From the NCBI RefSeq assembly GCF_046119375.1, contig NW_027362762.1, forward strand, positions 106,082,001 through 106,146,000: 64,000 bases of DNA. The letters run 5' to 3'. Source of the DNA: Phyllobates terribilis (lineage: Eukaryota). Below are positions 49,001 to 60,759 of the stretch, in pieces (position 1 is the stretch's first letter; every line of letters begins with the position of its first letter). The notes under the pieces were generated by a model. The model searched no databases. It was not told where the DNA came from and saw only the letters and a list, made by a program, of their open reading frames with translations. Made by a program: the position numbers and the translations under genes.

Positions 49001-52000
49001 AGAGAGAGGGAGAAGAGAGAGTGCAGGAGGGAGGCTAGAGAGAGGGAAAAGAGAGAGTGCAGGAGGGAGGCTAGAAAGAGGGAGAAGAGAGAGTGCAGGA
49101 GGGAGAAGAGAGAGTGCAGGAGAGAGGCTAGAGAGAGGGAGAAGAGAGAGTGCAGGAGGGAGGCTAGAGAGAGGGAGAAGAGAGAGTGCAGGAGGGAGGC
49201 TAGAGAAAGGGAGAAGAGAGAGTGCAGGAGGGAGGCTAGAGAGAGGGAGAAGAGAGAGTGCAGGAGGGAGGCTAGAGCGAGGGAGAAGAGAGAGTGCAGG
49301 AGGGAGGCTAGAGCGAGGGAGAAGAGAGAGTGCAGGAGGGAGGCTGAGAGAGGGAGAAGAGAGAGTGCAGGAGGGAGGCTGAGAGAGGGAGAAGAGAGAG
49401 TGCAGGAGGAAGGCTAGAGAGAGGGAGAAGAGAGAGTGCAGGAGGGAGGCTAGAGAGAGGGAGAAGAGAGAGTGCAGGAGGGGGGCTAGAGAGAGGGAGA
49501 AGAGAGTGCAGGAGGGAGGCTAGAGCGAGGGAGAAGAGAGAGTGCAGGAGGGAGGCTAGAGAGAGGGAGAAGAGAGAGTGCAGGAGGGAGGCTAGAGAGA
49601 GGGAGAAGAGAGAGTGCAGGAGGGAGGCTAGAGAGAGGGAGAAGAGAGAGTGCAGGGGGGAGGCTAGAGAGAGGAAGAAGAGACAGTGCAGGAGGGAGGC
49701 TAGAGAGAGGGAGAAGAGAGAGTGCAGGAGGGAGGCTAGAGCGAGGGAGAAGAGAGAGTGCAGGAGGGAGGCTAGAGAGAGGGAGAAGAGAAAGTGCAGG
49801 AGGGAGGCTAGAGAGAGGGAGAAGAGAGAGTGCAGGAGGGAGGCTAGAGAGAGGGAGAAGAGAGAGTGCAGGAGGGAGGCTGAGAGAGGGAGAAGAGAGA
49901 GTGCAGGAGGAAGGCTAGAGAGAGGGAGAAGAGAGAGTGCAGGAGGGAGGCTAGAGAGAGGGAGAAGAGAGAGTGCAGGAGGGAGGCTAGAGAGAGGGAG
50001 AAGAGAGTGCAGGAGGGAGGCTAGAGCGAGGGAGAAGAGAGAGTGCAGGAGGGAGGCTAGAGAGAGGGAGAAGAGAGAGTGCAGGAGGGAGGCGAGAGAG
50101 AGGGAGAAGAGAGAGTGCAGGAGGGAGGCTAGAGAGAGGGAGAAGAGAGAGTGCAGGAGAGAGGTTAGAGAGAGGAAGAAGAGAGAGTGCAGGAGGGAGG
50201 CTAGAGAGAGGAAGAAGAGAGAGTGCAGGAGGGAGGCTAGAGAGAGGGAGAAGAGAGAGTGCAGGAGGGAGGCTAGAGAGAGGGAGAAGAGAGAGTGCAG
50301 GAGGGAGGTTAGAGCGAGGGAGAAAAGAGAGTGCAGGAGGGAGGCTAGAGAGAGGGAGAAGAGAGAGTGCAAAAGGGAGGTTAGAGCGAGGGAGAAGAGA
50401 GAGTGCAGGAGGGAGGCTAGAGAGAGGAAGAAGAGAGAGTGCAGGAGGGAGGCTAGAGAGAGGGAGAAGAGAGAGTGCAGGAGGGAGGCTAGAGCGAGGG
50501 AGAAGAGAGAGTGCAGGAGGGAGGTTAGAGCGAGGGAGAAAAGAGAGTGCAGGAGGGAGGCTAGAGAGAGGGAGAAGAGAGAGTGCAAAAGGGAGGTTAG
50601 AGCGAGGGAGAAGAGAGAGTGCAGGAGGGAGGCTAGAGAGAGGGAGAAGAGAGAGTGCAGGAGGGAGGCTAGAGAGAGGGAGAAGAGAGAGTGCAGGAGG
50701 GAGGCTAGAGAGAGGGAGAAGAGAGAGAGGGAGAAGAGAGAGTGCAGGAGGGAGGCTAGAGAGAGGGAAAAGAGAGAGTGCAGGAGGGAGGTTAGAGCGA
50801 GGGAGAAAAGAGAGTGCAGGAGGGAGGCTAGAGCGAGGGAGAAGAGAGAGTGCAAAAGGGAGGTTAGAGCGAGGGAGAAGAGAGAGTGCAGGAGGGAGGC
50901 TAGAGAGAGGGAGAAGAGAGAGTGCAGGAGGGAGGCTAGAGAGAGGGAGAAGAGAGAGTGCAGGAGGGAGGCTAGAGAGAGGGAGAAGAGAGAGTGCAGG
51001 AGGGAGGCTAGAGAGAGGGAGAAGAGAGAGTGCAGGAGGGAGGCTAGAGAGAGGGAGAAGAGAGAGTGCAGGAGGGAGGCGAGAGAGAGGGAGAAGAGAG
51101 AGTGCAGGAGGGAGGCTAGAGAGAGGGAGAAGAGAGAGTGCAGGAGGCAGGCTAGAGAGGGGGAGAAGAGAGAGTGCAGAAGGGAGGCTAGAGAGAGGGA
51201 GAAAAGAGAGTGCAGGAGGGAGGCTAGAGAGAGGGAGAAGAGAGAGTGCAGGAGGGAGGCTAGAGCGAGGGAGAAGAGAGAGTGCAGGAGGGAGGCTAGA
51301 GAGAGGGAGAAGAGAGAGTGCAAAAGGGAGGTTAGAGCGAGGGAGAAGAGAGAGTGCAGGAGGGAGGCTAGAGAGAGGGAGAAGAAAGAGTGCAGGAGGG
51401 AGGCTAGAGAGAGGGAGAAGAGAGAGTGCAGGAGGGAGGCTAGAGCGAGGGAGAAGAGAGAGTGCAGGAGGGAGGCTAGAGAGAGGGAGAAGAGAGAGTG
51501 CAAAAGGGAGGTTAGAGCGAGGGAGAAGAGAGAGTGCAGGAGGGAGGCTAGAGAGAGGGAGAAGAAAGAGTGCAGGAGGGAGGCTAGAGAGAGGGAGAAG
51601 AGAGAGTGCAGGGGTAGGCTAGAGAGAGGAAGAAGAGACAGTGCAGGAGGGAGGCTAGAGAGAGGGAGAAGAGAGAGTGCAGGAAGGAGGCTAGAGCGAG
51701 GGAGAAGAGAGAGTGCAGGAGGGAGGCTAGAGAGAGGGAGAAGAGAAAGTGCAGGAGGGAGGCTAGAGAGAGCGAGAAGAGAGAGTGCAGGAGGGAGGCT
51801 AGAGAGAGGGAAAAGAGAGAGTGCAGGAGGGAGGCTAGAGAGAGGGAGAAGAGAGTGCAGGAGGGAGGCTAGAGCGAGGGAGAAGAGAGAGTGCAGGAGA
51901 GAGGCTAGAGAAAGGGAGAAGAGAGAGTGCAGGAGGGAGGCTAGAGAGAGGGAGAAGAGAGAGTGCAGGAGGGAGGCTAGAGAGAGGGAGAAGAGAGAGT

Positions 52001-54998
52001 GCAGGAGGGAGGCTAGAGAGAGGGAGAAGAGAGAGTGCAGGAGGGAGGCTAGAGCGAGGGAGAAGAGAGAGTGCAGGAGGGAGGCTAGAGCGAGGGAGAA
52101 GAGAGAGTGCAGGAGGGAGGCTAGAGCGAGGGAGAAGAGAGAGTGCAGGAGGGAGGCTGAGAGAGGGAGAAGAGAGAGTGCAGGAGGGAGGCTGAGAGAG
52201 GGAGAAGAGAGAGTGCAGGAGGAAGGCTAGAGAGAGGGAGAAGAGAGAGTGCAGGAGGGAGGCTAGAGAGAGGGAGAAGAGAGAGTGCAGGAGGGGGGCT
52301 AGAGAGAGGGAGAAGAGAGTGCAGGAGGGAGGCTAGAGCGAGGGAGAAGAGAGAGTGCAGGAGGGAGGCTAGAGAGAGGGAGAAGAGAGAGTGCAGGAGG
52401 GAGGCTAGAGAGAGGGAGAAGAGAGAGTGCAGGAGGGAGGCTAGAGAGAGGGAGAAGAGAGAGTGCAGGGGGGAGGCTAGAGAGAGGAAGAAGAGACAGT
52501 GCAGGAGGGAGGCTAGAGAGAGGGAGAAGAGAGAGTGCAGGAGGGAGGCTAGAGCGAGGGAGAAGAGAGAGTGCAGGAGGGAGGCTAGAGAGAGGGAGAA
52601 GAGAAAGTGCAGGAGGGAGGCTAGAGAGAGGGAGAAGAGAGAGTGCAGGAGGGAGGCTAGAGAGAGGGAGAAGAGAGAGTGCAGGAGGGAGGCTGAGAGA
52701 GGGAGATGAGAGAGTGCAGGAGGAAGGCTAGAGAGAGGGAGAAGAGAGAGTGCAGGAGGGAGGCTAGAGAGAGGGAGAAGAGAGAGTGCAGGAGGGAGGC
52801 TAGAGAGAGGGAGAAGAGAGTGCAGGAGGGAGGCTAGAGCGAGGGAGAAGAGAGAGTGCAGGAGGGAGGCTAGAGAGAGGGAGAAGAGAGAGTGCAGGAG
52901 GGAGGCTAGAGAGAGGGAGAAGAGAGAGTGCAGGAGGGAGGCGAGAGAGAGGGAGAAGAGAGAGTGCAGGAGGGAGGCTAGAGCGAGGGAGAAGAGAGAG
53001 TGCAGGAGGGAGGCTAGAAAGAGGAAGAAGAGAGAGTGCAGGAGGGAGGCTAGAAAGAGGAAGAAGAGAGAGTGCAGGAGGAAGGTTAGAGCGAGGGAGA
53101 AGAGAGAGTACAGGAGGGAGGCTAGAGAGAGGGAGAAGAGAGAGTGCAGGAGGGAGGCTAGAGAGAGGGAGAAGAGAGAGTGCAGGAGGGAGGCTAGAAA
53201 GAGGGAGAAGAGAGAGTACAGGAGGGAGGCTAGAGAGAGGGAGAAGAGAGAGTGCAGGAGGGAGGCTAGAGAGAGGGAGAAGAGAGAGTACAGGAGGGAG
53301 GCTAGAGAGAGGAAGAAGAGAGAGTGCAGGAGGGAGGCTAGAGCGAGGGAGAAGAGAGAGTGCAGGAGGGAGGCTAGAAAGAGGAAGAAGAGAGAGTGCA
53401 GGAGGGAGGCTAGAGAGAGGAAGAAGAGAGAGTGCAGGAGGGAGGCTAGAGAGAGGAAGAAGAGAGAGTGCAGGAGGGAGGCTAGAGAGAGGGAGAAGAG
53501 AGAGTGCAGGAGGGAGGCTAGAGAGAGGGAGAAGAGAGAGTGCAGGAGGGAGGCTAGAGAGAGGGAGAAGAGAGAGTGCAGGAGGGAGGCTAGAGCGAGG
53601 GAGAAGAGAGAGTGCAGGAGGGAGGCTAGAGCGAGGGAGAAGAGAGAGTGCAGGAGGGAGGCTAGAGCGAGGGAGAAGAGAGAGTGCAGGAGGGAGGCTG
53701 AGAGAGGGAGAAGAGAGAGTGCAGGAGGGAGGCTGAGAGAGGGAGAAGAGAGAGTGCAGGAGGAAGGCTAGAGAGAGGGAGAAGAGAGAGTGCAGGAGGG
53801 AGGCTAGAGAGAGGGAGAAGAGAGAGTGCAGGAGGGGGGCTAGAGAGAGGGAGAAGAGAGTGCAGGAGGGAGGCTAGAGCGAGGGAGAAGAGAGAGTGCA
53901 GGAGGGAGGCTAGAGAGAGGGAGAAGAGAGAGTGCAGGAGGGAGGCTAGAGAGAGGGAGAAGAGAGAGTGCAGGAGGGAGGCTAGAGAGAGGGAGAAGAG
54001 AGAGTGCAGGGGGGAGGCTATAGAGAGGAAGAAGAGACAGTGCAGGAGGGAGGCTAGAGAGAGGGAGAAGAGAGAGTGCAGGAGGGAGGCTAGAGCGAGG
54101 GAGAAGAGAGAGTGCAGGAGGGAGGCTAGAGAGAGGGAGAAGAGAAAGTGCAGGAGGGAGGCTAGAGAGAGGGAGAAGAGAGAGTGCAGGAGGGAGGCTA
54201 GAGAGAGGGAGAAGAGAGAGTGCAGGAGGGAGGCTGAGAGAGGGAGAAGAGAGAGTGCAGGAGGAAGGCTAGAGAGAGGGAGAAGAGAGAGTGCAGGAGG
54301 GAGGCTAGAGAGAGGGAGAAGAGAGAGTGCAGGAGGGAGGCTAGAGAGAGGGAGAAGAGAGTGCAGGAGGGAGGCTAGAGCGAGGGAGAAGAGAGAGTGC
54401 AGGAGGGAGGCTAGAGAGAGGGAGAAGAGAGAGTGCAGGAGGGAGGCGAGAGAGAGGGAGAAGAGAGAGTGCAGGAGGGAGGCTAGAGAGAGGGAGAAGA
54501 GAGAGTGCAGGAGGGAGGCTAGAGAGAGGGAGAAGAGAGAGTGCAGGAGGGAGGCTAGAGAGAGGGAGAAGAGACAGTGCAGGAGAGAGGTTAGAGAGAG
54601 GAAGAAGAGAGAGTGCAGGAGGGAGGCTAGAGAGAGGAAGAAGAGAGAGTGCAGGAGGGAGGCTAGAGAGAGGGAGAAGAGAGAGTGCAGGAGGGAGGCT
54701 AGAGAGAGGGAGAAGAGAGAGTGCAGGAGGGAGGTTAGAGCGAGGGAGAAAAGAGTGCAGGAGGGAGGCTAGAGAGAGGGAGAAGAGAGAGTGCAAAAGG
54801 AAGGTTAGAGCGAGGGAGAAGAGAGAGTGCAGGAGGGAGGCTAGAGAGAGGGAGAAGAGAGAGTGCAGGAGGGAGACTAGAGCGAGGGAGAAGAGAAAGT
54901 GCAGGAGGGACGCTAGAGAGAGGGAGAAGAGAGAGTGCAGGAGGGAGGCGAGAGAGAGGGAGAAGAGAGAGTGCAGGAGGGAGGCTAGAGAGAGGGAG
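46019..54998 (+). repeat. ~9-kb purine-rich satellite, 36-bp unit GGCTAGAGAGAGGGAGAAGAGAGAGTGCAGGAGGGA, ~250 copies
   Basis: Directly visible; 32 of 36 bases are purines on the + strand; 34/35-bp variants present. Confidence 0.98.
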
Positions 54999-57284
54999 AC
55001 AAGAGAAAGAAATGAGAGAGCACACCTCCCTTGGCCCTGTCTCCTGTCTCTCACTCCATCATGGCTTCCATACAATGGATCAGTGCCTCTATAATTGTGT
55101 ATCTGGATGATGTGACCCAAGAGTCTCCTGGAGCTGATAATGGGGCAGCCTGAGACTTTCGGTCTCCACAGTTGGGATGTGACAGGCTGGCACAGTATCA
55201 GTGCTGGCAGTCGCCGTCCAGGTGACATGGAGGCCCAGCCTCTGGTATCAGCCTCACACCTCCTGCTCCATTGTCAGCCAATGCCTCCCACGTGCAGAGG
55301 TGACAACATGGCAGGGGGTGCCCCAGGAAGTCCCCAGTGCTCTCACCTCCATATCAATGCCCTGCATTTCACACTCACACGTCCCCTGTGAGCTCAGTAG
55401 CAGGAGCTGCTCATATTAGGAAATTGCAGGGCTGTGTAACTGGCCGGAGCCATTGTCAGCAGCAGGTACAATGTAACCGCCGCTTCCGTGCGACCGGCGA
55501 GAGATCTGCAGAGCGGCGCAATGCTGCCATCTAGCGGTAATGTGTGGCATGATCAGTGGCATGAAGATCTGTCAGGGTGAAGCTTCTTCTGTTCAGCCAA
55601 GTCAGATGGTGACATATAGGAAGGCTCTAGGCTGAAACTGATGAATTCCAGCATTACCAACATGCCCTGTAGAAAAGCATTGGGTTACTCTGACATCAGA
55701 ATGGGGAAAGCTGGAAGCAAGTGAGAAAGTGATGTTTGGCGCTGATCTTGGAGGACACAGCTGCAGGATACAATCTCAAATGCTAGTTATATACTGCGGA
55801 TAATCTCCATGTGAAAAGTTGATCTGTGTAGTAGGTTAATTATTTGTGAAAATTTCATTGAAAATTAAATTTTTTACACTGTGTGAAATCCAGAGAAAAT
55901 CCACGCAAAAAAATCCACATGTGGAACTTGTGGATCCGCCATAAGATCCGCAAAAGAATCTGTGCAGATTTTTTTTCTTTCACCCGTGACCGTAACCTAA
56001 GGTCGGATTCCCATATCTTGTGTCGCGGTCCGAGTGCGGACCATGATGCACGGAGGGTCTCCTGACCGGAACGTGACAGCTTCATCATTGCCTATGAGAC
56101 ATCTGAGCTCAGGTCTGGAGACATCATGCTGTGTGAGTGCAGTGCAGAGCTAGGTTTGGTGCAGAGTTTATTCCTAAATTGATATCTACAGCGTTTCTGC
56201 CTTTACAATCCAAGCATATTTTCGGCATTTTTTGTTGTTGTGGAAATACACCAATAAAACGCAGCTAAACATTGCCGGGCCAGCAGTTTAACCTGTGGAT
56301 TTAGGGTCGTCATTGAAATGAATGATAATAACTCTGCACCAAAGTAGCACATTTCCAATGATGAAATTCATGTTTCGGATTTAAAATTGTAGATGAGATT
56401 GGTGCAGGCATTGTGGAGCTTGTCCTATCTCTTACTGTAAAAAGCTTTATCATTATATCTTTAATGATTTTAGTAGTTTAGAAAAAATTCTATATCACGT
56501 AAAGGAGAAGGTAGGTTGTTATTCCCTGTTCTAGATGCTTAGCTAAAACCTTTCCACCATTAAAGCAAGTCACTACAATGACCGCCAGCTACGGGCGGCT
56601 GCAGTGCTGCACTTCTGTAGGTCAGTCCTTCCTTTCTGATGGCTCTTCCTCAGACTTTGTTCTCTTGCAGATGCCCCTCCCGAGCACAAGTCAATAAAGA
56701 TATCAGCTGAATGACTGCAAACAACAGGCGCTCTGCAGATCGGACCCTCACTTATGTTATTAAAAGGGGTTGTCAGGCTTAAGCCACAAGTCAGCAGTGA
56801 CTGTACTGGATGTGACTACAGACTTGTGAATCCTCACAATGCGCACTGCGTACCTCAAGGCCAAACAACCCCTCTAAGACCCCTGTACACATTAGACTAA
56901 CGTTGGCTGATCCTGCCAATGTCATTGGGTTCGGCCAACAGTATGCCGGGGTAGACAATGATCCGGCATTGCCAATCCTTTTGCTCTTTAAGGGTTCGTG
57001 CATACAACCGTAAAAATCAGATGAGTGCTATCCATCATTTTGCTCTGTTAACAATGAAAACATGAGTAGGTAAATTTGGTCTACCTTGCTCTCCTGTCCT
57101 CCTACTTCTAGACATCTTCTAAACTCCCATCCTTTCCTGTGCCCCATTCACTCAACTCCTAATTTCTTCTAAGGCTCTGTTCATACTTCTACATCATGTT
57201 TTACGCAGGTCAGAATAGCATAGAATGCCACAGTATTGTATGCCGATATCAGTGCTGAAAAAAGATCCTAATGGACCATAGCAG

Positions 57285-57587
57285 ATCCATCATCCATATC
57301 TCCATAATCCATATATCAATCATTTATATATTCATCATCAATATATATATCATTTATAGATTCATCATCCATATATACATCATTTATATATTCATCATTT
57401 ATACATCCATCATCCATATATCTATCATCCATATATCCATCATTTATGTATTTATCATTTATACATCCATCATCTATATTTCCATTATTTATCTATTCAT
57501 CATCCATATATCCATCATCCATATATACATCATTTATATATTCATCATTTATACATCCATCCATATATATATCATCCATATATCCAT
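57285..57587. repeat. (ATCCATCATCCATATAT)-like low-complexity minisatellite, continuing at 59076-59190
   Basis: Same repeat on both sides of the Tc1. Confidence 0.85.
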
Positions 57588-59073
57588 CAATCTGCATTCA
57601 AACAAAATTTGACAGGTGCACAAGTATGGGCACCTCACCAGAAAAGTGACATTAATATTTAGTAGATCCTCCTTTTGCAAAAATAACAGCCTCTAGTCGC
57701 TTCCTGTAGCTTTTAATGAGTTCCTGGATCCTGGATGAAGGTATTTTTGACCATTCCTCTTTACAAAACAATTCCAGTTCAGTTAAGTTTGATTGTCGCC
57801 GAGCATGGACAGCCCTCTTCAAATGATCCCACAGATGTTCAATGATATTCAGGTCTGGGGACTGGGATGGCCATTCCAGAACATTGTAATTGTTCCTCTG
57901 CATGAATGCCTGAGTAGATTTGGAGTGGTGTTTTGGATCATTGTCTTGCTGAAAGATCCATCCCCTGCGTAACTTCAACTTTATCACTGATTCTTGAACA
58001 TTATTGTCAAGAATCTGCTGATACTGAGTGGAATCCATGCGTCCCTCAACTTTAACAAGATTCCCGGTGCCGGCATTGGCCACACAGCCCCAAAGCATGA
58101 TGGAACCTCCACCAAATTTTACTGTGGGTAGCAAGTGTTTTTCTTGGAATGCTGTGTTTTTTTGCCGCCATGCATAACGCCTTTTTGTATGACCAAACAA
58201 CTCAATCTTGGTTTCATCAGTCCACAGGACCTTCTTCCAAAAGGAAATTGGCTTCTCCAAATGTGCTTTTGCATACCTCAGCCGACTCTGTTTGTGGCGT
58301 GCTTGCAGAAACGGCTTCTTTCGCATCACTCTCCCATACAGCTTCTCCTTGTGCAAAGTGTGTTGTATAGTTGACCGATGCACAGTGACACCATCTGCAG
58401 CAAGTTGATGCTGCAGATCTCTGGAGGTGGTCTGAGGATTGTCCTTGACTGATCTCACCATTCTTCTTCTCTGCCTTTCTGATGTTTTTCTTGGCCTGCC
58501 ACTTCTGGCCTTAACAAGAACTGTCCCTGTGTTCTTCCATTTCCTTACTATGTTCCTCACAGTGGAAACTGACAGGTTAAATCTCTGAGACTGCTTTTTG
58601 TATCCTTCCCCTGAACAACTATGTTGAATAATCTTTGTTTTCAGATCATTTGACAGTTGTTTTGAGGAGACCATAATGCCACTCTTCAGAGGAGATTCAA
58701 ACAGGAGAACAACTTGCAAGTGGCCACTTTAAGTAGCTTTTCTCATGATTGCATACACCTGGCTATGAAGTTCAAAGCTCAATGAGGTTACAAAACCAAA
58801 AAAAGTGCTTTAGTAAGTCAATAAAAAGTAGGTAGGAGTATTTAAAACAAGAAAATGATAAGGGTGCCCATACTTATGCACCTGTCAAAATTTGTTTGAA
58901 TGCAGATTGCACATTTTCTGTTAGTACAATAAACCTCATTTCAAGGCAGAAACATTACTGTGTCCAACAGTTATTACATATATCAAACTGAAATAGCTGT
59001 TGCAAAAACACCAATTTTTATAAAACATTAAGCTTAAGATTAATAGGGGTGCCCAAACTTTTTCATATAACTG
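57588..59073 (-). mobile_element. Tc1 (IR/DR type) with intact transposase; TIR at the low-coordinate end truncated
   Basis: Full ~215-bp TIR ending ...CCCAAACTTTTTCATATAACTG|ta; only ~50 bp (inner DR) of the partner TIR survive at 57588-57636. Confidence 0.92.
57652..58674 (-). CDS. Tc1 transposase, 340 aa, uninterrupted, DD34E
   Basis: MVSSKQLS...GRPRK...WTDETK...QQDNDPKH...SPDLNIIE...KGGSTKY*; 34 residues between the second D and E. Confidence 0.92.
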   Translation of the reverse strand: MVSSKQLSNDLKTKIIQHSCSGEGYKKQSQRFNLSVSTVRNIVRKWKNTGTVLVKARSGRPRKTSERQRRRMVRSVKDNPQTTSRDLQHQLAADGVTVHRSTIQHTLHKEKLYGRVMRKKPFLQARHKQSRLRYAKAHLEKPISFWKKVLWTDETKIELFGHTKRRYAWRQKNTAFQEKHLLPTVKFGGGSIMLWGCVANAGTGNLVKVEGRMDSTQYQQILDNNVQESVIKLKLRRGWIFQQDNDPKHHSKSTQAFMQRNNYNVLEWPSQSPDLNIIEHLWDHLKRAVHARRQSNLTELELFCKEEWSKIPSSRIQELIKSYRKRLEAVIFAKGGSTKY

Positions 59074-59304
59074 TATATATCATTTATATATCCAGCATTT
59101 ATAAATCCACCATACATATATCCATCATTTATATATTCATCATCCATATATCCATCATTCATATATCCATCATCTATATATCCATCTTTTACATATCCTG
59201 TGAAAATGGAAATTCTGATGCCAATGTGAACATTACTCATATACCTACAAGGGACTAAAATCAATTCTTAAAAAGTTTTTTTGGTTGTACATGCATACAG
59301 TTTC

Positions 59305-59467
59305 CTTGTAGAATGTAAGCTTGCGAGCAGGGACCTCACTCCTAATGTAACTGTTTAAACTGTCTTACCTTGTATTGATCTTATTGGCTGTACATGTCCC
59401 CGCTTAATTGTAAAGTGCTGCGGAATATGTTGGCGCTATATAAATAAAAATTATTATTATTATTATT
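59305..59467 (+). mobile_element. L2 3'-end fragment
   Basis: TAGAATGTAAGC...GCAGGGAC...GTAAAGTGCTGCGGAATATGTTGGCGCTATATAAATAAA(ATT)n. Confidence 0.75.
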
Positions 59468-59914
59468 AAAGTTAACTTGGGTTGTCTCCCATAGAAATAA
59501 TGTATTACAAATGATTTCTCTTTCCTCTGGCCAATAATTTGAATAAATAGGTGACCATGTAAGGCATAAACTGGATGGGCTACCCTGGTTCTCCATTCTT
59601 GCTCCTAGAAGGAAAACATTGGGCACAGGAACATTAAACTTGCTGATTACAAGGTTTTCTTTATGAGATAATCTTTTTTTCTTTCATTGTATAAGGAAAA
59701 TTTTTGAACGTTCTAATATTTTTTGCTTTAATATCTTATCATTTCCAATATTGTCACCGGTGAATGAGAACATTCTTGCTAGAATCTGTAAACTTATCCA
59801 AACCTACTAATGTATCAGGATCTTCCATAGAACTTCACTATGCAATGATTAAGCTTTATTTAAAGGAAAAAATGAAATATTTTAAAATAAAATAAAGTAT
59901 ACACTGCAAATTCT

Positions 59915-60168
59915 GAGTGATGTTGGTGGCGCTGTTGCCATACAGCGCTGGGGTCCTGGGTTCAAATCCCACCAAGGACAACATCTGCAAGGAGTTTGTA
60001 TGTTCTCCCCGTGATTGTGTGGGTTTCCTCCGAGTTTTCCGGTTTCCTCCCACACTCCATAGACTGATAGGGAATGTAGATTGTGTGCCCCAATGGGGAC
60101 AGTGATGATGAGGTCTGTAAAGCGCTGTGGAATTAATGGCGCCATATAAGTGAGTAAAATAAATAAAT
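59915..60168 (+). mobile_element. V-SINE (tRNA head, V core, L2-like tail)
   Basis: B-box GGTTCAAATCC; core GGAGTTTGTATGTTCTCCCCGTG...GGGTTTCCTCC...CCGGTTTCCTCCCACA; tail GTAAAGCGCTGTGGAATTAATGGCGC. Confidence 0.8.
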
Positions 60169-60759
60169 GTCATTTGTTGTGCGCATCTAGAGAGGATCTT
60201 CCAGGAGACGGACTGCAGAAGGGTCACACACTTGTTGGCAGTTGTGTAAATGTGTGCACTGCTGAAGGACACAAAGAGCTGAGCACATTTGCTTGTGAAT
60301 ACCTCTAGGTAACCTGCTGATTCAGAGGAAGGAAGGAACAGAACATGCCCATACATCATAAATTCATCCTCCAGCCACAGTTCTGAATAAAAATGAAAGG
60401 TTTTCACACTTTCAAGGGAAATAGTTCAGATTCCTTTGCAGTCTGCACCTATACAATTGAGCAGGGAGAATAGTATACCCGAGGGATAATTCAATGAATG
60501 GGCAGAGAGGAGCTTCTTGCCTTCTTTTCATGGACGCCTATTAGATCGGCAATCAGTAAAGCTGCAAAACTATTCTTTATTTACTCTGCGGAAATCTGAG
60601 CAATATATCTTCTATGGAGATTGCTGGTGTCGGCTGTCAATCACAGAACTTATGAACCAGAAGATTTATTGTGTATGACCTTTAACACTGAACGTGTAAA
60701 CTAGAAAACTATTTATAACGAACAACCCCAAAGTAAGACAATGTGAATGTAGAGGTATG

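Noticed and set aside
46234-55228. Long Leu/Ser-rich and Arg/Glu-rich ORFs (up to 731 aa)
   Set aside because: Translations of the 36-bp satellite (12-aa period); a stop-free frame is a by-product of base composition.
57271-57649. Ile-rich ORFs
   Set aside because: Translation of the ATCC/ATAT minisatellite.
59856-60407. 183-aa minus-strand ORF as a gene
   Set aside because: Runs antisense through the V-SINE; no domain features.
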